Positions 10,094 to 22,684 are shown, numbered from the stretch's first letter. The stretch is 64,000 nt of DNA from Tetramitus jugosus (GCA_937625935.1 OW569361.1:310001-374000); one strand, 5' to 3'. Numbers and translations are program-made. Notes: a model not told the origin generated them from the sequence alone.

Positions 10094-13000
10094 TTATTTT
10101 CTGCTGTTGAACTTTAGGTGATGACCCTTGGCCAACAATGCTTGACTCGCTCTGCCAACAATCATGTATGATGGTGGAATGCGAGTGAAGAAGGCAATCT
10201 TCTTCTTCAGTTGCTCGTGTGCCTCGAAAAAGTCCAAGGTTTCTACATCGGATGGCTGCTTGTACAGGAGCTTTACCAATTGTTGTTGCAATTGATACAC
10301 TTCGTTCAATACTTGAATCATACCTAGTGCTTGTGCGCCCAGTCCAAGTGCTGGTATCTGTGCCAAGTATTGAAACACTTCATAAATAAATAATCGGACG
10401 GATCCTTGAGATCGGAATGCAATCTTTGCCAGAGCTTCAGTGCAAACTGTTCTGACTTGCGGGTTATTGTACATGCAATTGTGAGTCAGTCTAATAATGA
10501 TGGCTTTCATGGCACCATTCTGGATATCGAACATTTCTGGTCGTTGGAATATTTGCTTTGGATCCATCATTTGCTTCTGTTGTTGCGATTGTGGTGCAAC
10601 ATTGTCTCGTTCGTCTCTCGGTTCACCAGTCACCTTGTTTGCAATATCGCCCAAGAAGGCATACAGTGTCAGACTCAATTGAACACTTTCCTTGCTGCCC
10701 GTGAGACAATTGTCCAGTATGTGAAACATCATTCGGAGGAACTTGGATGCAATTTGATTCCTCTTGGGTGCGTCTCTGCTTGGCACAACAGCTCTCAGCA
10801 GTGCAATCAACAGATCAAGGTCCAATCTCTCTGATAGATAAATGCACAGGAAGCATGCAAAATCAGCAAAATGTTCAAACACTGCAAACTGTACACGAGA
10901 GAACTTGAGCAGTGTGAGCATGAGTTCATGAATGTGGAACGGTGTCCATGTCATGTTGCTCTTGACTTCCATCTTCAACAGCTTGAGAGTCGATTCTAGT
11001 GACTCTTGTCTCCACAGAATAGCTTTGAACGCCTGCAGTCTCACAAAACAACAATCAAATGTTGTCAGTTCATCAATGCTGTCATACAGTCGCAATAATG
11101 AAGCAGCACACTGTTTCATTTCTGGAGACTCTGGTGGATGACTCGAATAGGGATCAATGGAGCAATAGGTCACAAACTTGGCATAGGACATGAGCAAATG
11201 CTCTGATGCTTTGCATGCAGCATGAATCTGTGTTTGAGACTTGTGCTTGGCCAATGAGTTGCACAATCGTTTCACCACAAAGTCCAAAATGGTTTGTGCA
11301 CTCTGTTGATTCATATCCTTTTGGATAAAGAAGGAAAAATTGCGAAGTGAAATGTGCTTGATAGCCTCAAAGAACACAACCAAGTTCTCATCATGAATCA
11401 AATACTTTAGCAAATCAGAGTACTTTTCATCGTCGTTGCTCACTTGTGCACTACTACTATTGTCATCATATTGCTTCTTGGACGATGATGATGATGATAA
11501 TGATGGTAGATTCAATGTCTTGACAACCAGTGCACTCATTTGACACAGGTGATACCGCGAATACACATCATCCGTGTTCAAATAGGGCAACAGTGTCGCT
11601 TTTTTCAGATCAGATTTCTTTGCTGGTTCCGTATGACTGTAGGCAAATGAGACGACACCTGAAGCACTGGCACTTGCACCACCTATACCACCACCACCAC
11701 CACCACCGCTGCTGCTGCTACCACCCATGACACTTGCACCACCAACACTTGGTATTGCTGATGATGAAGAGGATGCACTGACAGCGATGTGAACACCTGG
11801 TGGATGAACACTAATCGAATACTTGGGTATCCATCGAGACATGGCATCCAACACAATGTTACTCAAGTGACTTGTTTGAATATTGGATGACAATTCACAT
11901 GCAATGCACGAGAGAGCTGCAATGGATTCTCTTGCACAGACAAGGTCCTTGTTTCTACTCACATTCAACAATGAATCAATAATGAATGATGATGTCTGTT
12001 GTTGTGATGATTTGGATGATTTAGTAGCAGGAGTAGCAGTCGTAGTAGCAGTAGTAGTAGATGACAAGATGTGATGATTGGATATCAAGTATTGAATCAT
12101 GTATGGTCTCTGAATCATTTTGACACTTGTTTTCAACAGATTGAGTTTGTTGATTTTTTCCTTTGAGAAACCAACGTTCAACAAACTGGACAATCCCTTC
12201 TTCTCTGCAAATGAATCTGGTTTACCATACTCTTCAAACACTTGTTTAATAAATGTATACAGTGTTTCAATCATTGTTGTTTGATGACTACTACTACTAC
12301 TACTACTAGTATTCGTATTTGAATTCATGTTTTTTGCATTCTTGTTACTATTATTACTACTATTGTTATTCTTGGTATTATTACTGTTGTTATTAGTACT
12401 GTTGTTGTTGTTGAGATGAGAAGAAATCAATCGATCGACAGTCTTGACACAATGCATTCGATTAATAATGTTAAACATTGAGAATTGTTTCTTGAGAGTG
12501 GACAAGAGTTGATTTCTCTCCAATTCTGACAAGTTCATCTCACATACAAACACATGAATCAACTCGACTAGTTTCTTATCATCTACAGTAGATAGCACTA
12601 TATATACATCAATCAGATGGTGTGAGTCGGTTGACAAGGATAAACAAACAAACAAACAGACAAACAGACTGAATGGATGGATAGATAATCAACATACATG
12701 ACAATAGAATGTGAAAGAATTGAGTCATGGTAGCACTCATGGTACTACTATCATTGGTGTTGTTACTACCACTGCTACTACCACTACTATTCGATAAATT
12801 CATGCTGCTAGTCGTTGTGGTAGTAGTTGTGGTGGTGGCAGTGGTCATGAGCACAGAAACATCTTGGAAGGATCCAACTGAAAACAACAATGAAATCTCT
12901 TCCATGGTCTTCAGAATGGTTTTCACATTTTTTTTAATGGTTTCAGCATGGAATGTTCCTGACTTGTTATTCACATTCCATCCCATCAATGCATACAACT

Positions 13001-13364
13001 CTTTGACATAGTCTGATGCTGATTTTGATTGATTCATTTTTTGAACAATGGAAGGATGAAGTATTTTAGAGTACTGGGCCCATTGTTGATTGGTGGAATG
13101 AAATTCTTTGAGGGTGCTGCTCGTTCCACCACTACTACCGCTGCTGTACTCTACGAATTTGGTCATGGTCACGAAAGCAGAGTCAAAACTAGAGTTTTTA
13201 GACATGGACAACGGTGTTGGTGTCTCATCATCAAAGTTGTGACTGATTCGGTGCATCTCGATTTGTTTTTTTTTGATTTGAGTTGTTAGTCCGCTTGTGC
13301 TTGGAATTTGGGCAAACGAAGTCGATCCGAAATCGCCCAGCACCGCCAAGCTCATCCGTTCCAT
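10094..13364 (-). CDS. TSET/TPLATE complex large subunit TSAUCER (TASH3-like); 2 exons, intron 12598-12697
   Basis: Two track ORFs join in frame through a GTATGT...TAG intron. The C-terminal RLTHNC...VRTVCTEALAKIAFRS...RLFIYEVF...GLG...MIQVLNEVY...HEQL...FTRIP matches my recollection of the plant TASH3 trunk end. No SH3 domain. Confidence 0.75.
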
Positions 13365-13921
13365 GCAGAGACCCGAGCACTACGATACTTTTAATGACAC
13401 AATTTTTTCTACATCCCCAAAAACTCATCAAAGAGTCAACAGTGATGAAGAACTTAAACAAACTTATTAACAATACATAACAATATTTTATTAAACATGT
13501 TAATTGCGAATTTTTTTAACAAACATGTAACCACACAAGTACGAAGTTCAGTCGACATTAATTTGAAATCTAATAGACGGTGTGTCTTTCCAAATAAATT
13601 ATTTATACTTTTTGATGGACTTAATTTACCGTGACTTCGAACACGATAGAGATTAGTTTCGAGGCAATAGCGCCTACACACGTGAAAACATCAGTTTAAG
13701 ATTTTGGCTGGGTTTCCTTACTTCCACCGCGTTACAATTCCGCACCTGGGACACACAGGAGCCACCACAACCTAACGTTAGGTTATGATAATCAGTCGTG
13801 CACTACCTCCATACTTGCGTATCCCACACTCAGAGAGATGGTCAGGTTTCTCCGAGAACCACAACAAAACAAACAAACAAACGAACAAAAAAAGCACACC
13901 AACCTCCCACCCAAAGTGAGA

Positions 13922-14611
13922 ATGCAATTTGAGGAACAGTATGACATCTTGTACAAGGTTGTACTCATTGGTGATAGTGGTGTAGGCAAATCGAATCTCA
14001 TGTCCAGATATACGCAGGACAGAGTGGACATATCGGCCAAGAGTACCGTCGGTCTGGAATTTGCCACCAAAACCATTCACTTGCATGGCAAAGTCATTAA
14101 ACTACAGATTTGGGACACTGCAGGTCAAGAGAGATTCAGAAGCATTACGAGTGCATACTATCGGAATGCAGTGGGCGCACTCTTGTTGTACGATATTACC
14201 AGTTCAGAGACATTGGCCAATGCACAGAGACGGTGGCTCAAGGAACTAAAGGAGAATGCAGCACCAGACATTTCTGTTATTCTCATTGGACACAAGTGTG
14301 ATCTTGTCAATTCTAGATCAGTGGACAAGGAAGAAGGACAAAAGACTGCCAACAAGAACCAGATTGGCTTTTTGGAGGCATCTGCCTTCTCAAACACCAA
14401 TGTATCTGAAGCATTTGAACAATTGGCACAGGCAATCTATGAGGAATCGAACAACAATAACAACAATAATGGTGCAAGTAGTACCACCACCAGCAAAGGT
14501 GACAACAATGGCACCAATAAGAAGACGAACAATCATTCAGATCCCAATGTTGTCACACTGAACAACAACAATGGAAGCAATACTCAGAATGAGAAGAAAA
14601 AGTGTTGCTGA
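13922..14611 (+). CDS. Rab11-family small GTPase (divergent paralog)
   Basis: YDILYKVVLIGDSGVGKSNL, STVGLEFATK, WDTAGQERFRSITSAYYR and a C-terminal CC prenylation motif. Likely start at ATG 13922. Confidence 0.9.
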   Translation: MQFEEQYDILYKVVLIGDSGVGKSNLMSRYTQDRVDISAKSTVGLEFATKTIHLHGKVIKLQIWDTAGQERFRSITSAYYRNAVGALLLYDITSSETLANAQRRWLKELKENAAPDISVILIGHKCDLVNSRSVDKEEGQKTANKNQIGFLEASAFSNTNVSEAFEQLAQAIYEESNNNNNNNGASSTTTSKGDNNGTNKKTNNHSDPNVVTLNNNNGSNTQNEKKKCC

Positions 14612-14745
14612 TTCGAGTGGTGGTGGATTAGATGTGTGTGTGCGTGTGCGTGTACTTTTAGTGTAAACATTGGTTCATAGTAGGCATGGAACTTGTTTGA
14701 CCAAATCCGAGTTATATAAAAAGAAATAATTTATATGTTTATGCA

Positions 14746-17700
14746 TTATTGCTTTGGTGGCCACATGTCCTGCACTGTTGTCTTGAATCGCTTCTTGACG
14801 AACCGCACGTATTCATCTCTGAGGAACGTGGGTTCCTTCTGCCACCTTTGAATGAGTCGTTGTTTGCTGACAGAGTTGTCATTGCCAAACAGGGAACGAA
14901 TGGCGTTGACAAATTGAATTGCCTTCTCACTGTTCATCTTCTCCACTTCCATACCAGAGGATTCGAGCTTGTCCTTGAACACTCTCAGATCCTTGAACAC
15001 TTTGCCTTCGATCAACAGACGAGCAAATGTACCAAACACGAAATTGGAGCCATATTGGTCGACTGTGATCTCGATCTGTTGGATCGGCAATTGCCACACG
15101 TTGTTGCCCTGTTGTTGAGCAACGCTAGAGGATGCATCAGCATATGAGGCATGAACAAATGCATACATGGCATCGTCTTTGGAACTGAATCGGGGTGCAG
15201 GGACATCCAACGGCTTGGACAGCTTCACCATTGGTTTAGCAAACTCGGAGAGCCAATTGGGTTGGATAGCTGTGATGCCCTTGATGTAAATCTTTCCACC
15301 CTTGGACTTCGAAATGTCATTGTACACAACGTACTCTGGATACTTGCCAAATAAATAGGAACTTGGATGGATAAACACTGGTGTTTTGGCACCAAGTTGA
15401 ATCGATATGTATGGGCGATTCTTTGAGGTGAAGGAAGCGTCGAGTCCCGGCCATTCTTCCTCTGTTGCCAAGCGAGCCACTCTGTCGACTAGACCAGCGC
15501 AGATAATTTGCCTAATGACTAATTCATCTTCCTCGGTTGGTGGTCTCAGAAGACAATCTTCTTCCTCTTCGTCGTCATCACTCATTTCACTGTTGCCTTG
15601 ATCATGCTCATCAATAATACGTTGCAATTGTCGCATGAGTGAACTGACTTCTTTCATATTCTTCGTATGAAGGAACCATTGATGACAGAATTGAGTTGGA
15701 TTAGGGCTCAAGCGATATGCACCCACTGCTCTCAGTAAACTCAGCAAGTCACTTGTTGGATGACTCCACATTTGCTTTGCCTTTCCGCAAGACTCTCTCA
15801 TTTTAAGTTCTTGAGCGGACAACACGTCCTCCTCATTCATCTGATTAATGGCTTCTTCGTCGTCCCATTCTTCCTCTTCATCGTCTTCCTCCTTTTCTTC
15901 ATCATCGGATGCCGTGTCCAAACCAATCGCACGCCTCTTCTTCTTGGCGGCCAACACCTGACTTCTCTTTCGCTTCTCTTGTTCGACGCGCTGTCTGAAA
16001 TGATTCAAGTGTGAATCGAACATGAACAGTTGACTCACAGTTAGAGCACTGACAATGGCCGAAATGTAACCCTGAACTGATTGTTTCCTGGATAGGATCA
16101 ACATCTTGGCATACCGAGGATTCAATGGGAACTCGTTCATGGCACGGCCAAGTGCGGTGATCGGACGACTCTCAGACTTGTCCAGTGCTTGAATGTTGAC
16201 AAGACTGTTCACTGCAGACTTCAATGATTGCTCATCTGGTGGAGTAGGGAATGGGAAATTCTCAACATTCTGAATGCCCATGTTCTTCATTTGAAGAATA
16301 ACAGTATCAATTGGTGTGAGCAAAATATCTGGATCAGTAAACTGTTTGAACGTGTTGTCATACAGTGCACTGCTGTAGAGACGATAGCAATGACCAGGGC
16401 CAGTTCTTCCAGCTCTTCCCGCTCTCTGATCTGATGATGCCTTCGAGGTCCACTTGATCACAAACTTTGAAACACCAGTCACCTTATCATACTCCTTGTC
16501 TTTGACACGACCAGAATCAACAACATAACGAACGCCTGGAATGGTCAAACTTGTTTCGGCGACGTTGGTTGCAATGACGACAAGACGACATCCTGGTGGA
16601 GGTGGTTCAAACACCTTCAATTGTTCATTGGGTTGCAAGAGAGAGTAGAGTGGAAGCGCATACAATTCCAGTGGCTCTGCTTTCTTCTTTCTTAGCTTCT
16701 TGTTGTGGTTGAGACCGCTTTGTAACACAGATTGATCCTTGATATTATCAGAGAAGAGAACCCGATCAATATTTTCCTCATTGTTAGCTTCCAGCAGTTT
16801 CTCCTCTAATTGTCTTTGTTCATTGATTGATGATTTAGTGTCATTGGTGACGAGTGCACCAGTCTTCTCATCAGTCACGATAGCAGCATTCTCATCAGCA
16901 TCAACAGAAGTCTGCTCCTTCTTTTTGTCAGCCTTAGCGTCACCTTCCTCCTCATCCTCATCATCCAAGTCTCCCATATTATTGATCAAGTCTTCATCGT
17001 CAATCATCTCTTCATCGTCATCTTCTTCTTCTTCTTCAGCATTGCCCTTTCCTTCCTGTTGTTGTTGCTTCAACAACTTTTCTCTCTTCCTCTTCTGCTT
17101 CATAGCATACTCTTGCAGCTTGGACACGAGGAAATCAATCTCTGATTTACCAGTCAAGAAAACAAGGATTGCACCATTGGGTAACTTTTCATGAATCGTG
17201 ACGACCTTACGATAACAAGCATCCACATAATCGTCAAACACTGTTCTCTTGTTGAAGTGAACAGTCACAGGGAATTGACGACTCGTAATATTGATCACAG
17301 GTGGTGCCACTGCAAGTGCTCCATCCACGTTCTTCTTGTCATCATCATCCTCATCGTCATCGTCAGCATGACTCTGATTGTGCTCCAATGCCAAGTGTGG
17401 TGATGTGAACAATCGTTTGTTCTTCACAAAATCATCGACTCGCAACGTAGCACTCATAATAATGAGCTTGAGTGGAGTAATCTTGACACCGAGTGGTGTG
17501 ACAACTCCTTCACGAGCCATCTTGTTTCTCTGAGGAATGAATCGACTGAGCCATCCAATCAAAATATCTGTGTTGACATTTCTTTCGTGAGCCTCATCCA
17601 GAACAATGACCGAGTATTTGAGCAGGAGAGAATCATTTTGAATCTCCTTCAACAAGATACCATCAGTCATAAACTTGATCAATGTCTGCTCGGACAAGTT

Positions 17701-19572
17701 GTTGTCATACCTCACATGATAACTCACAACAGTACCAAACTCAATATTCAACTCCTCTGCGACTCTCTTGGCCGTAGACAGTGCAGCCACACGCCTTGGT
17801 TGAGTTACAGCAATAAAACCAGGGTGACCACTCTGTTCGTGACCATAGCCTGCCTCGTACAGGAACTGGGGCACCTGGGTCGTCTTACCTGAACCTGTTT
17901 CACCACACAAGATGACAATATCATTGTCCGTAATAGTCTCCATAATGTTTGACTCTTCGCACACGACTGGCAACTGATGTCTCACATGTTCAATCTGTGG
18001 TTGTCTGTGAACAGGTATGAAGAACTTTGTGTATCGAATACGTTTCTGATCCTCTGTTCGTCCATCGTCAATCTCTTTGAGAATGGATTGAATCGAGTCA
18101 ATGCTCTCTGTGCTGTATTGATCGGCTGACATGCCCTCCAGTGAATGTCTCAGTGTGTCTCTCAATGAGAGTGCGTACTGACGATTGGACTCTTCATAGT
18201 CTTCCTCTTCTTCTGAATTCTCATCGCCATCACTCTCATCATCGTCATCACTATCATTCTCATCATCTGGCACTACAAAGTCCAACAAGTGATAAATCTC
18301 TGCCAATAGAATGGACTTTGCTTCACTGTTGCTCACATGCTTCTCCACAGTATCAATCAGAGATGAAAACTTTTTGCACACTTGCTCATTGAATGACAAT
18401 GGTTCTCCATCTTCTCCATCCTCTTCTTCTTGGTCATCATTCTTATCACCAGCCATTTGTCCATTGATTTGATCTGATTCTTCATCTTCATTCTCCCTTG
18501 ATTCTTCTTCATGTTCTTCATTGTCACTATCATCATCATCATCACTATCATTCTTGTTCGACAAGTCAAATGCCACTCTCCTTCTCTTCTTACTATTCTG
18601 TTGTTGGTCATTCTTGTTACTCGTATGGGTAGTAGTGGTGGATGAACTTTGACCAAAGAAATCAAGAGTAATGAATGGAGTACTGCTCTTCTTCTTTGGT
18701 GTATCATTGACCTTGCTATTATCGGTTTTTGTTGCTACTGTTGCCACTGTTATTGATGATGATGATGATGGTGGTGGTACTCGTTGTTCTTCATGATTCT
18801 TGTCTTCATCATTTGTATCATCATTGTCATTATTATCATCATTGATATCATCATTGTCATCCATCAAACGACTACTCGTGTTTCCATACAATAATTGCTC
18901 TGATGATTCATTCCATCGATCCTTCCATTGTGCTCTATTGCCCCAATACTTTGATAATCGATCTCTTTCATTCTTGTTCATCATTTGAATTGTTGTGGTT
19001 GTTGCTGATGATGATGATGCTAATGTATTTGTTGTTGCTGTAGTAGTAGTAGTAGATGATGGCTCTAGAGCAGTACCACCAACAGATGAAGACGATAAAA
19101 TTCGATCATGAAGTGCCACTCTCTCCACCAATTGTTTCGTAGTCTCTGTTCCCACACCAATCAACTTGCTACTCTTCAACAATTTCAAATGTTCATCATC
19201 CACCTTGTTATTCTCAATAGTCTCCATCAGTTCACCTCTCTCTGACTCCTTCTTCTTCCGTATTTGCAATGACTTTATTTTTCTTTGTTTTCTCTTGGAG
19301 AGCTCAACAGTCGGTATGACTTTCTTGGTCTTTTTCTTAATGTTTTGATGCAATAGGGCAGTACTCTTCTTTTTCTTATTGTTGTTGATTGATGATGGCA
19401 ATAAGAGTGTATTGGTATCATCTGCATCGACTTGATCAGAATAATCATTTCGATTCTTGGAATGATTGATGACATCAGCAGACAGCACAATCACTGGTGA
19501 TTTGGAACTGTCGCGACTACTATTCAATTTCCTTCGTTTCTTTTTATTGTTGTTGTTGGTCTCATTTGTCAT
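14746..19572 (-). CDS. DHX37: DEAH-box RNA helicase DHX37/Dhr1
   Basis: GETGSGKTTQVPQFLYEAGYG, DEAHER, SATLRV, QRAGRAGRTGPGHCYRLYSSA, with the long N-terminal extension typical of Dhr1. Confidence 0.92.
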   Translation of the reverse strand: MTNETNNNNKKKRRKLNSSRDSSKSPVIVLSADVINHSKNRNDYSDQVDADDTNTLLLPSSINNNKKKKSTALLHQNIKKKTKKVIPTVELSKRKQRKIKSLQIRKKKESERGELMETIENNKVDDEHLKLLKSSKLIGVGTETTKQLVERVALHDRILSSSSVGGTALEPSSTTTTTATTNTLASSSSATTTTIQMMNKNERDRLSKYWGNRAQWKDRWNESSEQLLYGNTSSRLMDDNDDINDDNNDNDDTNDEDKNHEEQRVPPPSSSSSITVATVATKTDNSKVNDTPKKKSSTPFITLDFFGQSSSTTTTHTSNKNDQQQNSKKRRRVAFDLSNKNDSDDDDDSDNEEHEEESRENEDEESDQINGQMAGDKNDDQEEEDGEDGEPLSFNEQVCKKFSSLIDTVEKHVSNSEAKSILLAEIYHLLDFVVPDDENDSDDDDESDGDENSEEEEDYEESNRQYALSLRDTLRHSLEGMSADQYSTESIDSIQSILKEIDDGRTEDQKRIRYTKFFIPVHRQPQIEHVRHQLPVVCEESNIMETITDNDIVILCGETGSGKTTQVPQFLYEAGYGHEQSGHPGFIAVTQPRRVAALSTAKRVAEELNIEFGTVVSYHVRYDNNLSEQTLIKFMTDGILLKEIQNDSLLLKYSVIVLDEAHERNVNTDILIGWLSRFIPQRNKMAREGVVTPLGVKITPLKLIIMSATLRVDDFVKNKRLFTSPHLALEHNQSHADDDDEDDDDKKNVDGALAVAPPVINITSRQFPVTVHFNKRTVFDDYVDACYRKVVTIHEKLPNGAILVFLTGKSEIDFLVSKLQEYAMKQKRKREKLLKQQQQEGKGNAEEEEEDDDEEMIDDEDLINNMGDLDDEDEEEGDAKADKKKEQTSVDADENAAIVTDEKTGALVTNDTKSSINEQRQLEEKLLEANNEENIDRVLFSDNIKDQSVLQSGLNHNKKLRKKKAEPLELYALPLYSLLQPNEQLKVFEPPPPGCRLVVIATNVAETSLTIPGVRYVVDSGRVKDKEYDKVTGVSKFVIKWTSKASSDQRAGRAGRTGPGHCYRLYSSALYDNTFKQFTDPDILLTPIDTVILQMKNMGIQNVENFPFPTPPDEQSLKSAVNSLVNIQALDKSESRPITALGRAMNEFPLNPRYAKMLILSRKQSVQGYISAIVSALTVSQLFMFDSHLNHFRQRVEQEKRKRSQVLAAKKKRRAIGLDTASDDEEKEEDDEEEEWDDEEAINQMNEEDVLSAQELKMRESCGKAKQMWSHPTSDLLSLLRAVGAYRLSPNPTQFCHQWFLHTKNMKEVSSLMRQLQRIIDEHDQGNSEMSDDDEEEEDCLLRPPTEEDELVIRQIICAGLVDRVARLATEEEWPGLDASFTSKNRPYISIQLGAKTPVFIHPSSYLFGKYPEYVVYNDISKSKGGKIYIKGITAIQPNWLSEFAKPMVKLSKPLDVPAPRFSSKDDAMYAFVHASYADASSSVAQQQGNNVWQLPIQQIEITVDQYGSNFVFGTFARLLIEGKVFKDLRVFKDKLESSGMEVEKMNSEKAIQFVNAIRSLFGNDNSVSKQRLIQRWQKEPTFLRDEYVRFVKKRFKTTVQDMWPPKQ

Positions 19573-19773
19573 TTTCTCACAGTGTTGGGCGGTTTTTGTG
19601 CTTCGTGTTTGTCCGTGTGAACACTGTGTGCACTGAAAATTGTGTGTGTTGCATGCAATCTGTGAAATTGTTGAACCTTCAATAAAAAATGAAAAAACTA
19701 CCCCACCATTGTATACCGAAGAAGAGCATCTACGATTGATTTCATCCGGTGAGGGATGGAAGATGGTGATTCT

Positions 19774-20798
19774 TTATTCTTCTTCGTCTTCGTCATCCTT
19801 CTTCTCCATCTTTGCCAATTGACCTCTCAGCTCCTTAATGACATCATTCTTAGAAATGAGAATCTTTTTCATGTTTTTGAATTGTGTGGTATCATTGATT
19901 TTACCAGTCAATTCTCTTTCCAACTTCTTCATCCTGTCCTTTTCTTCTGCCAATTCGTTCTGGAGGCGATTATTCTCCAACAAAATTCCTTGAATCTTAT
20001 CATCAAGTACAGTCGTTTCAGACTTCATGCTGGATGACAATTCCTTCAGTTGTTCTTCTTTTGCAGATGTCTGCTGAGAGAGGCGCTCAAGTTTTCGCTT
20101 CAATTCTTCATTTGACTCTTTCCATTCCTTTAACTCATCCTGAGTCTGTCTCAGTTGAGATGCAATTGTTGACTTCTCAGTCATCATCTGAGTGTGATGC
20201 TTTTGTACAGCAGACAGCTTCTCTCTCAATTGTTCATTCTCATTCTTGAATTTGAGTCCTTCTTCAGCCGTCACAAGACCGTTGATTGGCTTCAATGGAG
20301 ACAATTTTGTTTTAGCTTGATTCTTTGGATAGAGTTTATCTTCTAATGATACAATTGCCTGAATAGCATCCTCTGACTCGATGGATGAGATATCAACTTG
20401 AACAGTCAATCCACACAAATCCGCTTCTTCAAATATCTGTCTCAATAACTCTACATTGGTGTGCATGATGTTCTGAGACTCCTCTCTTATATTTGACTTG
20501 ACCATTGCACTCAAATCATTGAAGATTTGTGTGACTTGATCCAGAGTATAATTGTCATCCAACAATCTGTTGAAAACAAAGGTTCGTGTGTGTGTCAATC
20601 TTCAATCCGCTCGACAGCAATAACAGAATGAAATCCATACCTGCTGTTGACAATGGAATCCAATTGAGTCTGAACCTCTTTCAAGTGCAAATCAGTTCTG
20701 TGCCTCCCGAATTTCAAGTAGGCTTTTACAACATCCTGATAGTGTTTGCTCAAATCTTGTACAGCAGTTCCCATTAATATACCATCGTCCGACGACAT
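19774..20798 (-). CDS. LZTFL1: LZTFL1/BBS17-like BBSome regulator; 2 exons, intron 20567-20640
   Basis: Exon 1 (LSKHYQDVVKAYLKFGRHR) joins in frame through a GTATGG...CAG intron to RLLDDNYTLDQV...HTNVELLRQIFEEA and a coiled coil ending TTQFKNMKKIL.SKN. Confidence 0.8.
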
Positions 20799-21024
20799 CT
20801 TTCTCACGACTTGTTGTTGATCGGAAATCGAATAGTTTGTTTTGCTGCGTGGTTACTTGGTCGTTCCAGAGAAGAGTCTCAGAAGTTCCTCCCGTAGATG
20901 AAACGACACACAGCACAACAAAAAAGAATCAAGGCGGTAAAAACGAGGGGCTACACATGTGAACAGTGCTCGTTTACTATAGGACCACCATGCTCTATCA
21001 TTCGACTCCCGATCATTACCTACG

Positions 21025-22684
21025 CTAGTGTAAATTAGGGTTGTTCATAATTCGTTCAATTATTCTCTTTTTCGTTGCTTCGCTGAGTGGAATCGACCGA
21101 TGGAAGTTAACCTTGGAATAATAGTATGGAGAGTGAGGTGAGACATTGTCTGGCACAACATCGTCAATGTTGCTCTCTTCCTTTGTTGATTCATTCTTGT
21201 TGCTGCTCTGTTGTTGCTTGTCTTGTTGCCTGTGAATCATTTTGAGCACGTGATTGTGAATCACAGTACTATTCTCATGAATGACTCTTTCTTCGCTCAG
21301 ATCCATAATACATGCGTCCAGTGCCTGACTCCACTCTTTCCAATCCTGTTCATTATCTGCATAGAACATGTACTGTTGCTTGTTATGCGTACTGAATATG
21401 CTCATGCTGTAATGACATTCCTTCTTGACTTTGAAGTCAGCAGTGCTCAACAGTGTAGCACCCTTGAGTGTCACAATGTCCAACGGACGATCCAAGGTGT
21501 TACTGTCCATGTACACTGATAGCCAACAATCGTGTAATCGACAGAAACGAGGCTTCAATTGATGAGTAAACGGATTCGAGTGCACTCTCATGGTCAATGC
21601 ACCTTCCTTTTCATGTTGCGCACCAGCTATGTTGTTGTCTTCACCGCTACCAGACAAAGCATTTGCATTCATAGTAGCAGTAGCAGTTGTAGTAGTAGCA
21701 GTAGGTGTAGTAGTAGTAGAAACCGATGCAGATGACAAATTGGGATCATTCCACAAGTGCGTCAAATGATTGTAGTAGACAGATGCCCTGAGAGCATAGA
21801 TCCATGCACTGGACCTCTCTTCTCCACCATCTGAACAATACATGTAATAGTTTCTATTCTTGGTCACAATGGCAAAACAGTTTCTCTTGCCACCAATCTC
21901 ATCCGAGTCCACAGAGATGATGGAACTCGATGGTTCAATAATGAATTGACCCTTGGGAGTCGGAGAGCTCTTGTTGGCAAAATAGGTGAGCACATTGCCC
22001 TTGAGAATGGCATATCTGCGCTTCCAATTCTTTGTTTTGAGACCTTGTTTCGTAATCCAGCCAAAATGCTGCACACTGTCCAATGGAAACCTTCTCGTCA
22101 ACTCAAACTCTACTCTCTGAGCAGCTGCTCCACTACTACCAACAATACTGCTATTGTTCATGTGATTCATGATGGCACTCGCAATCGTATGATTATGATT
22201 CTGACAGATATTGCCACTATCATTGTGATTATGAGCAATCGTAGTAGCAGTAATCGTGGGAATAAATTTTTTGTGAATATACTTGCTGATAATAAATTGT
22301 CGCCTGTACTCTTGTGTATCACTGCTCAACGGTTTCTCAAACGGAAAGACATTGCACTCCCAGTAGGCATTGGATTTCAAATTGCCAATGCGACTCATTT
22401 GAATCACATGCTCTCTCTCCCAGACGTCCAACGAAAGTGAACGAACCTTTGAGATGTGAGTGCCGAGACTCCGATGAATACCAGAGCAGTGAATACAGAG
22501 GTAGATGCCCAGATTGACAGATGCCCACTCTGTTTCATTGCTCAAACAATCTGCACATTGCCTATTGTAGGATGAACTGTTTTTGATGAGATGAACGAGT
22601 TGAGACTCTGTCATGGGTTCATCGTCATCCATGTCGACATCGAGTCCATCGATTCCTCCACTACTATTCTCATCTCCTTCACTA

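Noticed and set aside
13768-13785. AACCTAAC as a telomerase RNA template for TTAGG repeats
   Set aside because: The motif is one arm of a palindrome and would be base-paired; there is no other supporting feature.
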